64,000 nucleotides of DNA from Octopus sinensis (lineage: Eukaryota), in contig NC_043000.1 in NCBI RefSeq assembly GCF_006345805.1, positions 50,654,001-50,718,000 on the forward strand, in the 5' to 3' direction. Position numbers and translations under genes: made by a program. Under the pieces are notes generated by a model, which saw nothing but the letters and a program-made list of their open reading frames with translations, was not told the origin of the DNA and searched no databases. Shown in pieces: positions 13,301-27,252 of the stretch; within the stretch, counting starts at the first letter, position 1, and every line of letters begins with the position of its first letter.

Positions 13301-15055
13301 ATTATTGTTGGTAGATCAACTCATAGAAAGTCTATTAGTTCTGTGACTCCTCCAATGTTTACCTGGTTGAAACTGATCTGCAGCCTGAGCATTTGTATGA
13401 GAACTTATTGAAATAAATATTATTCCTTATGCAAAAAGTCATCGAGGGATAAAGACGGTAGTTAAAGATTTGCACTTTATATGGTGATTTTATGTCAAGT
13501 CAACCTTGTGAATCCCATCCTTTTCTAAGTGAAATTCGTGGAAGAATTTGAACTTAGTATTGCAACCAAATGGCATTTTACAATGCTCAGAGTCATTATT
13601 TCAAAAGTTGTAATTATGTGAATTCAACCAATTTGATTAAAGATACTCACAGATATATACTGTTTGACTTTTAATAATGAATTCTATGAAATAAATATTA
13701 TTTAGAATGATAATAATAAAGACAATGTAAGATTTATTTTACTGCTTCTGAAGGAGAAGCAATGTGCATCCTATAAATGTGGTCATGAGAAATTCATAAT
13801 GGTGGTTTTTATACCAGTTCTGCCATGAAATAGAAGTGGTAGCTATTGAATTTGCTAAAACATAATTTATATACAAATTTAAAGCTTTGATTTGTGAGCT
13901 GTTAGTCTCTTATTTCAAATTGTCCTCTCAAGTTTTATGTCAATTTTTTCTATTACCTTCACACATGCACACACACACACACACGCATGTACATGCATGC
14001 TCTCTCTCTTATACTTCAGTACTGTCACCAGAACATGCAACTGACAGAAATACAGTAATTCTCGTTAGGGAACATGATATGCTAGTGTTCTTTCATCCCA
14101 GATACTCAAAACAACATAGAATGTAGTATAAAATCCATTCCTTTTGTGATGATTTGCAAGACTACAAATTCCTTCATTTTAATGTTACACGTATAATACA
14201 CTTTAATACAATACTTGTAAAAAAAATCCTTCAAAAGTTAGTGATGTTATTTCCAAATTTTGTTTCATTCCCGGTTTACATTTCTAATTTTCTTTGCTAA
14301 AATATATTTTTGAATGAGAGACAAATTTCATTTCTGAACTTTGTTATAATGCACTAATTAAACACAGGAATGTTACTGCTTAAATAATATAATTTGCATA
14401 TATTACAATTATTGGGAAATCATGAAAGAAAATAGAAAGAGTGAAGAGAAAAGACATTCCAAATGCCATATAATTCTGATTTGTGAACAGAACATTAGAA
14501 GATAATTATTTAAATATTGCTTGAAGTTTCATACAAGCAGCTGAATTAACAATCAAATGTCATAAATGTAATCTTCAATTTAAAGTCATTTTTATCTTCC
14601 ATACTTATATTGCGTACATAAATGTTAAAAATGATAATAATGATGACTTCTTACATCTTTCTAGTGCCCTTTACCTCTGTAGAGTGATGATAAGCACTGT
14701 GCCTTGCTGGAGGAAGGGAGAAAGTTATCCTCACCTAACCCTAACCTTATTTAAATATTCACATCTGAGTGAACTTTATGAAAGACATCAAAGTGCTAGG
14801 TGTTGGCATTAATTTAGGGTACAAATTAAGTATCATTTCACAGATAAATAGAGAAAGTGTAGCTATTTAAAGAGAAAAATTTCTCATCAGAATAAATACT
14901 AGATCAGAGATGAATTATTTCTGTATCTTGTTTCAAATTTTAATGACTCTTACATTTTAACTCTGGCTAATTCTGTTGAGTAGTTCACATCTAATCTGAT
15001 AATATGGCTGGCATTTTACTCATTAAGTTTATGCTAAATCGCTTAAAAATATATT

Positions 15056-15460
15056 TGGAGTGGCAAATGTGGCTGTCAGTAAGAAGCTTGCTTCCCAACC
15101 ACATGGTTCTGGTTACAGTCTCACTACATAGCACCTTGGGCAAGTATCTTCTACTATAGTCTCAGGCTGACCAAAGCCTTGTGAGTGAATTTGGTCGAGG
15201 GAAACTGAAAGAAGCCCATCATATATATATAGATATATATGTGTTTGTGTGTGTGTGTGTAACTTTGTCTGCATGTGTCTTTGTCTGTCTCCACCACCAC
15301 TACTTGGCAACTAGTGTTGATGTGTTTGCATTCCCATAACTTAGCAGTTCGGCAAAAGAATAAATACCCATCTTAAAAAAATTAAGTACTAGGGCTGATT
15401 CATTCAACTAAAATGTCATGGCTGCAGTCAAACCACTGAGATAGGTAAAAGAGTAAAAGA
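15056..15460 (+). mobile_element. SINE family A (tRNA-derived head, CCTTGGGCAAG core, internal microsatellite, AAAGAG tail), old copy
   Basis: Aligns to younger copies at 41492, 60324 and 62413. Confidence 0.85.
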
Positions 15461-15583
15461 ATAGCTTTGTGCTGTATTTCTATGTATGGGAAAATATATT
15501 GTTTGCAAGCTTAAGATACTGACTTTGTATTGTATTTTAATGAAGACAATTTTACTTACCTTGCCAAGAAATTCTTTAAGAAG

Positions 15584-15794
15584 GTGACAAGCTGGCAGAA
15601 ACATTAGCATGCCTGGCAAAATGCTTAGCAGTATTTCGTCTGTCTTTACGTTCTGAGTTCAAATTCTGCCAAGGTCGACTTTGCCATTTGTCTTTTTGGG
15701 GTCGATAAATTAAGTACCAGTTGTGTACTGGGGTAAATCTAATCAACTGGCCCCTTCCCTAAAAAATTCAGGCTTTGTGCCTTGAGCTGAAAAG
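15584..15794 (+). mobile_element. SINE family D with 13-bp target-site duplication
   Basis: AGCTGGCAGAA head, GTTCAAAT B box, GGGGTCGATAAATTAAGTACCAG domain; ATTCTTTAAGAAG at 15571-15583 and 15795-15807. Confidence 0.9.
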
Positions 15795-16829
15795 ATTCTT
15801 TAAGAAGTAAAAAAAATGTATGCCACATTTGATAATTTTAGCAAAAGATAACTATCTCTTTCTTAAAGTCCTCTAAAATATCTAGGGGAGCAGACTTGAG
15901 CAACATATAAAATTATTTTGAAACAGAAGTATATGAGAATGCATTTTAAAATGCTGTTAGAAATAAAGTTAATAAATCATTAAAAGTTAATGAAATATGA
16001 TAGTCCTAATTGATTTCTTACTCATTGTCAAAATACAATTTTAGTTCACTTGATAACACTGGATGATGGATGATTAATGTTGATTGGATAATATTCATTC
16101 TACACAGCGTAATCTCTACTGTATATACATTTATATATATACTAACCATAATTTCACTCTTGATTTCCTGTAGTAACAGAGTATGAACAAAATGGTGTCA
16201 TCTCTTTCTGTTTGTATTTTTCTTTACTGAAGAATCTTCAAATAAGAATGTTATTGTGATAAAGAGATAAAATTTAAGAAGGAAATTAATTTATGACAAA
16301 GAAGGGCAAGCAGTTTATTATAAAGATATTGGTTTCATTGGGAAATAATTAAATGGAAATTATGTTTACCATATTAAAAGTATACATTCATATCAACAAC
16401 ATACTTCTTTTCCTTTGTGAGTGTTTTTTATATTTAAAAATAACTACAGAAGAACCCAAAGGAAATAACTTTTCTTTGTTCTAATTTTATTTTGTGTTTT
16501 CTTTACACAACATTTATCTTTCAAATAAGAGCAATGTAAAAATTAAAATAAAATAAAAATATTAGCGTTTGTGAAGCGTTTGGATACGCAAATTGATTTA
16601 AGTACAAATTAGACTATCATTTAGTATATTTCAAACAGCATTATTCAGTGAGTGCCAAAGTTCATTCTTTGAGAGAATAAAAATTAAAAAAATTCTGAAA
16701 TGGCAATATCATTAGTAAAAGTTGTTAAATTAGGAATAATGTGGAGAAAAGATATCCTTATTGGAACACTGTCAGAGGTCAACAACAGAGGTTTTTACAG
16801 GCAAATATATGAAGTAAAGGAATATAGCA

Positions 16830-17060
16830 GATCTACAAGGGATAAATGATATGAAGGCTGATTATATGACATGTGTTAGAAGTGTGATCTGGAATGGTAC
16901 TGTGACATTGGCAATGAATTCAGATCTGCTAGAGAAGAATGAGTTGAATCTCTTAGATGTTGCATGCTAACTTGCATTAAGTTCGTGTGCATGTGAGCTG
17001 AAAATGCAGCTAGGCATTAAAGGTATTAGCTACAGTGATATGCTGCACTGCAGACTTATC
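16830..17060 (+). pseudogene. Highly degenerate RTE reverse-transcriptase C-terminal fragment
   Basis: Translates roughly to RLYMTCVRSVIWNGTVTLAM...LLEKNE...LGIKGI, parallel to 36700-36880. Confidence 0.55.
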
Positions 17061-18910
17061 CAATGTATGCCAATAGACATTAAAGCAATGCTGCTGCTGC
17101 TTATGATGCTAATAATAATAATGTCTCTATGAAATTAGAGCATTTTGCAAAATTGATATTGGAAATTAGCTATATTACTGAAGACTGTGCCTTTCATTTC
17201 ACTTGTGCTATATTCTCGGCATCTTAACTCTATTAAATACCCTAAGATTTTCTTTAATAGTAATTGTCTTTGTAATTTAAAGATAACGTGATTTTTCCTA
17301 TCAAAATATGTCTTATTTTCTTTAGTGAAATGTGCCAGCTACTGTAATAAATGTATTTAAAAAATCCTAAATTAGTCAGTAGCAAGTGGAGTTAATTAAA
17401 TTTAGAGCAACTTAATTACTTCATGAAAAGTAAACTGAAACATTTTACTAATTTGAGATAAAAGCTGATTTTTTTAAACGTTTTTCTTGAAAGGGAAAAT
17501 TAATACATCAGTCATATTAGAAAAAAAATTCATTAATCATTTAATGAGGCGAGACTTGGATATTCTCTTCAAAATGAAATATATGCTTTATGACCTGCTT
17601 TTGGTGTTTTATTGAAGTATACTGTTCAGACAAATATATCACTTTGTCTTAGAGGAGTTATAATTTATCCACATCTGAGAAAAAAAAAATTATATTGACT
17701 TCAAATCTATTCCAATGGCAAATATAAGAGAATGGATTCATAACTGAAAATAAAACGTAATATCATTTGTCAATGGATCAAAAATGTGATACATATTGTG
17801 TAAATATTTTTATTTAGTTCAACATGGAAAATAGAAAATATCTGTGTTGAAGGAATGTTTATTATAATAGGCAATATTTGCTGAAAAATACATTCATTAT
17901 ATAAATGCTAAAATGATATCAGAATTTGTAGATGTGTATTATGTATATTTCAAAGGCTTCTGATTAGCGGTATTGAGTTTCATCCCGTGGGTAATATATT
18001 ATGCTAGGTTATAATGTAAAATAGAAATAGTTTCAAAACAAAAACAATATAGACGTTTTTTTTATCAGAATACTTAATAGCATGAGCTACGTTTTCGCTC
18101 TTATTGTCATGTTAAGGGGAAGAGATTTTGGATTGTAATTTCTTTTTATGTGTTCTATCTGTATGAAAATATAAATTCATAACATCTCTGTTAAGTGTCA
18201 TTGAGATTACCAGCATCATGATAGAAATATAATGCTTGTTCTAGATTATGCACTGGACATTTTGTGTGCAATTTGTCATTTTGTTGACTGTCTTAGTTTG
18301 GAACTTCTGTCTCTCTGTCTTATATCCCTACTTAATCATAATCGCTCACGTTTTAAACTCTGTATTAACTTACGAAGTAATCTGCTCTGGGATTATTCAG
18401 AGATAAAGTATTTTCTGGATCTGAAGGTAAAACCTAGACTTTATGATGCAGTCACAAATATTTGAAGTGAGAGGACAGTATGAAAGGTCAACAGAGATTA
18501 TAAAGAACAGTATTTGTGAAGAGTGTAATGGTTTTTAGAGTGATTTTATTAAGTCTGTGTTTATGTATGTAAGTTTACTGTCATCTACAACTGTTTTTTT
18601 GCTTTCCATTCCTGTTCTATATGTTTATAGATTCACTAATAAAAAAAAAGTACTTTGTGACTAAATTCTTACAACAAAAACATCTGTTGATTTGTTGCAT
18701 AATTTCAGAAATGCAAAACTATGTAGTGAAGGGATTGGTATAATTGATAGCAGTTGAAATAAGACATAAATGCTACATTTTCTTATTCACCCAGAGAGTG
18801 ACTTGTCTGATTTTTCTTGAGAACTTAGATGAATAGAACTAAATGCTGAAATTTAATCTGGTAGAGTTTACCATTTCAGACACTCCAATGTTTTAATAAT
18901 ATCTACTGTT

Positions 18911-19300
18911 ACTATTTACTATTTTATTTGTTTCAGTCATTTGACTGCAGCCATGCTGGAGCACCGCCTTTAGTTGAGCAGATTGACCCCGAGACTTATT
19001 CTTTGTAAGCCCAGTACTTATTCTATCGGTCTCTTTTGCCAAACTGCTAAGTGACGGGGACGTAAACACACCAGCATCGGTTGTTAAGCAATGCTAGGGG
19101 GACAAACACACACACATACATATATATATATATACGACAGGCTTCTTTCAGTTTCCGTCTACCAAATCCACTCACAAGGCATTGGTCAGCCCGGGGCTAT
19201 AGTAGAAGACACTTGCCCAAGGTGCCATGCAGTGGGACTGAACCCAGAACCATGTGGTTGGTTAGCAAGCTACTTAGCACACAGCCACTCGTGCGCCTAT
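18911..19300 (-). mobile_element. SINE family A
   Basis: Full head (ATAGGCGCACGAGTGGCTGTGTG) to tail; high identity to the 60324 copy. Confidence 0.92.
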
Positions 19301-19334
19301 AATATAATATCAATAATATAATATAATTATAATT

Positions 19335-19480
19335 GTTTCTAGTAGAGGTACAGGGCCTAAAATTTGTGGGGGAGATTAAATTGGTACCATCAATGCTAGT
19401 GCCCAGTATTTAACTGGTATTTTATTTTATTGACTCCAGAGTAATGAAGCAGGAAGTTGACTTTGACAGGATTTGAACTT
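19335..19480 (-). mobile_element. SINE family D fragment
   Basis: GTTCAAATCCTGTCAAAGTCAAC...ATACCAG...GGCCCTGTACCTCTACTAGAAA on the minus strand. Confidence 0.6.
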
Positions 19481-20488
19481 AACTTGAATAATAATCTTCT
19501 TATAATAACAATTCAGCATATGTCTTTATGATGTGACAGCATATTCATATGCAAAGAATGAAGAAAGAGCACAAAATGTAAAAATAACACAACTACACAT
19601 AAGTACTCAAATTATGTAGATACATCAAAACACACACATTTACTGAGGTTTCACGTATAAACAACATGTATAGTGAACATAAGCATAACATACCCACATT
19701 TAAACAAAGTAAACTGTAAACAAGCAGAGAACATTATGAATAATTTTGAAGTGCAAACTGTTGAATATTTTAAAGTGGTGTTTTGTTTAGTGCCTACCCT
19801 GGAGTATTTTGAAGTGTGAGTTGTTCTTAACAGCTCTGTTATTTATATTATTTGTAATGTTTGTAGCCTTTATTTTCAACTTAACTTTTCAGTAGTAAAA
19901 AAAAGTATATTATCTCATCTTTCTAACCTTCAATATCTCCTTTTTCTTAAATGATACATGCATATTCAATAACAACAAAACCAAAAGTGAGCATCAGACA
20001 CTGTTTATCAATCTTTAGGTTACTGCAGACACACACACACACACACACACACACCACATACATGCACACACATGTACTTATGTATATATGCATTTATGTA
20101 TATACACATGTGTGTGTTTGTGTATGTTTTCAAGGATTTCTAAATTTGACAAAAGTCTACAAATTTGAAGGGAATGGAGCAGTCAATTAAATCAGCCCTG
20201 TTACTTGGCTGTTACATATTTTATTAACCTGAAAAACCTATAAAGATTAATTTGATTCAGCATGATATAACAGCATGATATAACTGAGACATAGCAGTTT
20301 GTAACTAAATCCAGAAGGCAATTTGGTTTGCCCTTTATCAATTTCCTCAGCTGCTGGTTTTATTAGCAATAATAATTTTCTGTACTAATAAATACCACTA
20401 ATAATATTAGCAGAAATTGTAATAATAAGTACTATGTAATTTGTTGTTGTTGTTGTTACTACTACTACAATACTTGATAATAATAATA

Positions 20489-20882
20489 ATCCTTTTTACT
20501 GGAGGCACAAGGCCTCAGATTTGTGGGGAGAAGACTAGTCGGTTACATCAACCCCAGTGTTTCACTGGTACTTAATTTATTGGCCCTGGTACTTAATTTA
20601 TTGACCGGAGGAATTTGAACTCAGAACATAGTGATGGCTGAAATACCTATTTCTTTACTACCCACAAGGAGTTAAACACAGAGAGGACAAACAAGGACAG
20701 ACAAACGGATTAAGTCGATTATATCAACCCCAGTGCATAACTGGTACTTATTTAATCGACCCTGAAAAGATGAAAGGCAAAGTCGACCTCGGCAGAATTT
20801 TAACTCAGAACGTAGCGGCAGACGAAATACTGCTAATCATTTTGCTCGGTGTGCTAACATTTCTGCCAGCTCGCTGCCTTAC
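20489..20882 (-). mobile_element. Two adjacent family-D-type SINEs (20646-20882 with alternative tail; 20489-20645 truncated), flanked by (TAA)n
   Basis: Both contain the GTCGAT..A.TAAGTACCAG domain; head GGCAGCGAGCTGGCAGAA at 20878; 21-bp internal tandem duplication at 20563-20602. Confidence 0.75.
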
Positions 20883-21679
20883 TAATAATAATAATAATAA
20901 TAATTTATTGTCCATGTTCTCTGAATGTCTCGATGAGAAGTCAAGTAAAGGTCCATTACTATTTGACAACATTTTCACCTGTGAGGAATAGGAAAATTTG
21001 TACTATGGTTGTCTGGCAGTTGGTAGATTTACACAGTTTTTTTATGTTTGTCCTTTCATTTAATTTGTCACCATTCAATCATTTATTTATTCTAGAATAT
21101 TACACATGCTACAGTGGATACTGTTTACTATTATTATAAATAAATATATATTCCTCATGCCATTGACCTACCATAAATGTTTGCTAAGACTTCTTATTTA
21201 CCATCATTGATACATGATGCATATTACAATATCAGTGGGTGGACACAGATAGCCACAGAGGAGACATTTTACATTTTGAGATAGAAGAAAATTCTCCAGC
21301 ATAAATAGTAGGGGCAGGAATAGGCGGGTTATAATGAGTAATTGAGCTCAAACCTTTCATGAATAGAGAAAAAGCAAAATAGTAATAAATATTAGAATAG
21401 GAAATACTTTGATTTCATAAAATGACACAAATTACTCAGGTGTGTAAAAGTATATAATCAATTAAACTGATTACAAGTCATGACTTCTACTTAATTTATC
21501 AATGCTGGAGAGATAAGAAATTAATTCGAATCTGAGGAAATCTGAATTTAGAATAAAGATTGATGAACTTAAATTTTAGATGGTAATTAATCTGGTGTAT
21601 CATAATAAGAACTATAGTTTAACACAATATTGATGTATTACATTGGTACCAAACTAGAACATTTGAGAGTGAGGTACAG

Positions 21680-21810
21680 TTATTTACTTGGCTGGTACTT
21701 ATTTTATCAATCTGAAATGGATGAAAGGCAAAATTGGACATAGCAGAAATTGAATTCAGAACATACTGCAAGAGAGTTTCTCCATCATCATGCTAATTTT
21801 TCCAATCCCT
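21680..21810 (-). mobile_element. Degenerate family D SINE fragment
   Basis: CTGGTACTTATTTTATC...ATGAAAGGCAAA...GAATTCAGAACA; a similar weaker fragment lies at 21480-21560. Confidence 0.5.
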
Positions 21811-22473
21811 TACCCTATGATTTACCATAGAAAAGAATAATGATTTTTTAAAACTTGGGCTCAAAGCCACATATTTTAGAGTGGGATATTCTTGATTAAA
21901 ATTGACCCCAGTATGTGACTCTGTTGATATAAATCAATGACAACAGCAACAACACAGACAATGATAATTCAAATATCACTGACACAAACAAAGACACTAT
22001 TAGCCTGATTAGCATATGTTTTGACACAGTATAACCAGATGATCAAAATAAGATATGGGGGAAAGGAACATTGAAATATAACTCCTCTATTTTCACTTAC
22101 AAGTAAGTAAAGATATTGTTGAAGAAAAAGAAAAGTTTAACTATAAATAACATTAAAAAAATATAAATAAATTTTTTAGTTTTAAACTAGATGTGGATTT
22201 TTTGGCACAGAAATTGCATCCGTCATCCTTGAGATTGTAATGTTGATACAGAATTGATTGCCAATTTTTTCTATTCTCTAAAATGTAATTTTTCCATTTA
22301 AATATTTATATGGTATTTTGTTATGGCATTCTTGTGTGATGCTAATAAAAAAGAATGGCTGATTTTTGCCAAGTGTACAGTCAAATAGGTTGAATTAAGT
22401 AATGTTTGTAGCTGTTGTTTAGCCCCAGGTCATCTCTGATCATGCAAATATATATGAATATTGTCTTTATGTA

Positions 22474-24088
22474 CACTGACCAAAATAAGTTTAAGACTGA
22501 TGATGACAGTTCTATTCCTTCATTAATTTATTTTTAACAAAACTGTATGAGATTATTTTACTTTTTACAGTTTATGTAGACTTTTTTTCCTTTCTTGAAT
22601 GATGCAGGTGTTATATATCTTTCTACAATTCAAATAATTAATTCAAATGATTAGAAATTGTTGGCAAGATAAGCTTAAGACCCTACCAAGATTATGTAAA
22701 CTAATAAACCAAATGGGTGGTCATATGGCTGGGCATACTGCACAGTTTTGTTTAATAATTGAGCAGTGTTACACATTACTTTGTTATGGGAAAGTATCAT
22801 AGTATCAGCTCAGTTATTAGATCAAAGATTATGTTGCTTCATCAGCAAAATGTATCCTTCATGAACATTAGCAAGCAATCAGGATGCAGCAAAATGGGTT
22901 GTATTCAAGCATGGAATCTTTACCAAGCCACTGGTCAATACAAAGATCAGCAAAGAATGGGCACCCCAAGAAAAATGACAGTACAGATGGATTGGCAAAT
23001 TTATAGGCTCTCTGAAGGTAACTGAATGCTAACAGCAGTTGACATTTGCAAGCAATTGTCTGATGAAACTGACATCAGCTTTATCCCACAAACTGTCAGA
23101 AACCACATAAAACAATAATTTGGTCTTTTTGGCCAGATTGCTCGAAAGAATCCGATAATTTCTGAGACAAATTGGCAGAAGTGGATCATGTTTGCTAAAA
23201 GCCATTTTGAATGGACGGCTGAAACTGGTCAAAAGTTCTTTGGAGTCACAAATCCTGCTTCTGCATCTTTGGATCAGCCAGAAAGACTTATGTTAGATGC
23301 CATCCAACTGAAGAATTCCATCCTAAATGTGTCAAGAAAACAATACAAGTGGGAGGTGTGTGTGGGGGGGAGGGGGTAATGATGTGGGTCACATTCAGCA
23401 GCTTATGTGTTAGTCCAATTGTTAAGGTTGATGGCAGACTGAAGAGTGTAGGCTATCTGCAATTAGTAAATGAAAATGTACTGCCATACTTAAATAATCA
23501 GATGCCACTGAGATCTATTTTCCAGCAGGACAATTGCCCCATTCATTAGGCTAGGAAAGTTTTGCAATATTTTGAGTGCAGTAATATGGTGGTCATTTAG
23601 TGGTCTCTGCAGAGCCTGGATTTGAATCCAATAGAAAATTTATGGAGTTATGTTTCTAAAAGAGTTCATGCTAAAAAAACCAACAAATTTGTCCCAATTA
23701 TATAATTTTATTGAAGAAATATGACAGAACATTCCAAGTGATTTTTGTGCTCATTTGTCAAACTCCATGTCCTGCTGTTGTGAGGCTGTAATTTAAAATA
23801 ATGGATATAGAATTTTTGTTCGTTAATCTTTTGTGCCATAAATTTTCAATTTAAACAATATAATGTTGGTATGATCTGAAACTTATTTTGCCAACAATTT
23901 TTAATCATTTGAATTAATTGCACACTAAAATTATTCAAATTGTAGAAAGATATATAATGCCTATGTCATTCAAAAGAGAAAAAAATTCTACACGATCTGT
24001 AAAAAATAATTTTATGCAGTTTTGTTAAAAATAAAGTAATGAAGGAATAGAAGTGTCATCATCGGTCTTAAACATATTTTGGCCAGTG
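22474..24088 (+). mobile_element. Full-length (1615 bp) Tc1-family DNA transposon, decayed
   Basis: ~95-bp terminal inverted repeats starting CACTG(A/G)CCAAAAT; TA on the left (right flank TC); internal Tc1 transposase remnant. Confidence 0.93.
22786..23812 (+). pseudogene. Tc1 transposase (DD34E type) with stops and frameshifts
   Basis: MGKYHS...GTPRKMT...TVRNHIK...ARKNP...GGGVMMW...FQQDNCPIH...SLDLNPIENLW...NNG. Confidence 0.92.
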
Positions 24089-25639
24089 TCTATCAGGAGC
24101 TATGTTGTTTAAAATGTCCTTCTTTAGGTTAAAGTGAAATTTGAAGATGATTTGGCTACTATTTCTAAAGTTTTCTTGTTTACTCATTGAGCAAACAGTG
24201 TATTTTAGTGATTTCATAACGTTCTCACATTTTGATTTATTGTAGACAACTTTATAAACATATGTACATGCAGATTTTTAAGCGCGTGAGCATGTATATG
24301 GTTGCATATTTATGTAGATGTATGCATATATACGTGTGTGTATGCATATCTGTGTGCATTTCTATCTATACCCTTAAATACACATTTATATATATATACA
24401 TTCAGTTTCTATAAATTTAACTTATGTATTATGTCAAAATTAATTTATCAGTTTGTTGTGTATTTTACTATAATTGTCTTACTTTTTAAAAGTTTTTCTT
24501 TAAATCCTTTATTCCTGTAACTCTATTGCTTTCCTTTTTTAGAATGTGAGGGATATTTGTCAAAAAAAAATGTTTTTTTCCTTAATTTGGTGAAGCCAAA
24601 TAGAGATTTCTAAGAAATAGTAATTTCTTTTTATATTTGAGTTTATAATAACAGGTTATTGACACATTAATTATCTGTACATTACCATTAATGCATCATT
24701 AAAGTGTATCCTAAAGAGAAATGGTGCTGCTGAGATAGCTTTGTCTTTTACTCCTTCCTACTGATTATTTGTTTACTCTGAACAAGTCAGAGAGGCAGGT
24801 GAAAAAATATTTATAGACAAATTTAAGCTGCTGAACGTTAAAAATGTCTATATACTAGAAATTAAATAAAAAAAAAAGAATAACACTCAGCATACTGTTG
24901 TTACTTGTTGGTGACTGTTGGTAGTGTTGATCATGAACATGCTTGTAATGAAAGATTACTGAAGTAATTGCATAACCAGATTTAAAACAACTCAAAAACA
25001 AATCTATCTCAGAAGCAACTGACAGGCCAAATATAATTTTTAAACATATAAATGCAGGTTAAATTATAACCTTTGGAAGAAAGATAAGTTTTAAACAGCA
25101 TGAATTAGAAATATATCATGAATCTGTGTCTTTAAACATCATTTCAGTTTAAAGCCAAACTTCTTTGCTTCTTGATTTTCTTGAATGCTAATGTACTTTG
25201 TGCTTGTTAAAACTACATCATTTGCACAACAGTATCTGTGGAGACAAAATTTTGCCAATAATTTCTGTTTTGATAGAATGTCTTGAAATTGTGCTCAGAA
25301 TAGTAAATTTTTCTTTCATATAGATGTTTCTGTTAGAAATCACTACTTTTGTGATTGATTGGGCATTTATGTTAATGTCATAAAGTGATGCAGAATTTCT
25401 GAAACAAAATTTAATTCCAAATAGAATGACACTACTACCAGATCCTTGATTATTATTTTTTTATTGCGTAGCTGACATATAGGTTTTTAATCTGAGTCAT
25501 AGTTGTCAAGGAAATTTTTAATAAAATTTTCTGTTATAAAGGAAAATGCCGTTCAGTGAACTCTTATTCATATATACAAACTTGAATGAATATTCAGTAA
25601 ATAACAGAGTATGTTGTTTCTGCTGTTACAGTTGTTGTT

Positions 25640-26143
25640 ATTCAACATATGATAGTTTCTGGCAAAATTCACTTGCAACATCACCATGTTGCTGAGGTGG
25701 GTGCAGCATTGTGTGCTCTTGTTCTTATTTTTTGTTGTTGTTGTTGGTGGAGTATAAACTCTTCTTGGTATTGCATTACTTCAGTTTGTTTGTAATGGGG
25801 TTTAGCTTGAGTCTTTTGTTGTATTAGTGTTTGTCTTGTACATTGTATTTAATGTGAGTTGTTACCTTCTTTTGAGTATCCAACCTATGGAGTACATGTT
25901 GTAGGGATTGTTTCTTTTATTGAATGTTTACTGAATAGAGTGTGTCATGTGTTTGAGGAATGTTTTGATTGAGTTGTACTATTAACTTGATAGTATCTTG
26001 CATAGGATGTGGGTTGTTCCTAGCAGGGTTATTTTTTGAATAGTGTGTAGTGTTGAGGGTCCAAGAATAGCTTCTATATTTTTGTTCATATATTTTTATC
26101 ATACCCAGTGTTTCAATTATTACTGGTATTCTCCTCCACCTCC
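25640..26143 (-). mobile_element. R4/Dong-like non-LTR retrotransposon 3' fragment
   Basis: IPVIIETLGMIK...IQKITLLGTTHILCKILSS* followed by 3' UTR; 5' junction abuts the (TAA)n array at 26146-26197. Confidence 0.7.
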
Positions 26144-26377
26144 TAATTATTATTATCATTATTGTTATTATTATTGTTATTATTATTATTATTATTAAAT
26201 CAAAATTAAAAGAAGAGTGCCATTGTCATCTAGTGAATGATATTTCGACATCTCATGTGTCTTCAACAGGTTCAAAAAATAATTTTGTCTATCTACTTCA
26301 CTTTAATATATAAAGGATTGAGGTAACTCCTCCAGAAAATATAGAGTCAAAATTAAAAGAAGAGTGCTACTGTCATC

Positions 26378-26422
<45 letters not shown>

Positions 26423-26431
26423 CATCATCAT

Positions 26432-27238
26432 AGACGTTGCACAGATTGCAATATTTTGAGGTTGTTGATTGAAGATATTGTGTCTACCAGGGGTTTGTAC
26501 TATTTGTCAAGTCACAACAAGGACCTCAGACAGAAAGTACCTTATGCAATATGCATGCAGATTCAAGTAATACCGACTTTTGTAATACACCTATATTGTA
26601 GGATATTTATAAGGTTTTCAGATGTCTTTTCAGATTGGGTGATATTGAACCTAATTCTCCAATGACAATAGGGATAACCTTTATATTTGACTCTCATAGC
26701 TGCCACATCTTAGCGATCTCAATTCTCAGGTATCCATATTTATCAAACTTTTCTCTTTCATGATGATCTGTTGATTTTCTGGCACTGCTACATCAATTAT
26801 TAGGCACTGCTGTTTGTCCATCCTACAGGTTACTACATCTGGCCTTCAGTGCTCTAACACCCTATCTGTCTGGAAATCAATCTGCCTGAGGATTTTTGCC
26901 TTCTCCTTTTTGTTCATAACCATTTCCAATGTATGTTGGTATCAAGCACCTGTAACCTTATATCCATACTTATGGCATAGTAGCCAGTGGAGGTTTTGAG
27001 CTACTTTGTCATGTCTACACAAGTCTTTCACAAGCGCTAACAATGTGAGTCATGCTTTTGACCTTCTTCCGACACATTCTGCAGAGGTCCATTGCACTTG
27101 TGTAGTATATATTCTTTTTCACTGAGTTGGTATTCAATGCCTGGTCCTGGGCAGCGATGATCAGGCTTCCAATATTCTTTTTTAGGTCACCCTTGTTGAG
27201 CCACCTCCATGATGCTTCCTGATCTTTTAATTTGTTGG
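26432..27238 (-). mobile_element. R4/Dong-like non-LTR retrotransposon 3' fragment (zinc knuckle plus restriction-like endonuclease)
   Basis: LIIAAQDQALNT...CRMC...HIVSAC...RHDKVAQNLHW...RPDVV...IIDVAVP...DKY..LRIEI...PIVIG.LG; (TAA)n on both sides. Confidence 0.9.
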
Positions 27239-27252
27239 TTATTATTATTATT

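Noticed and set aside
14733-14748. CTAACCCTAACC telomere-like motif
   Set aside because: Only two units; not enough to call an interstitial telomere or Helitron end.
25230-25415. 59-codon minus-strand open stretch after a TTTCAG acceptor
   Set aside because: Runs into a stop without a good donor; no recognisable homology.
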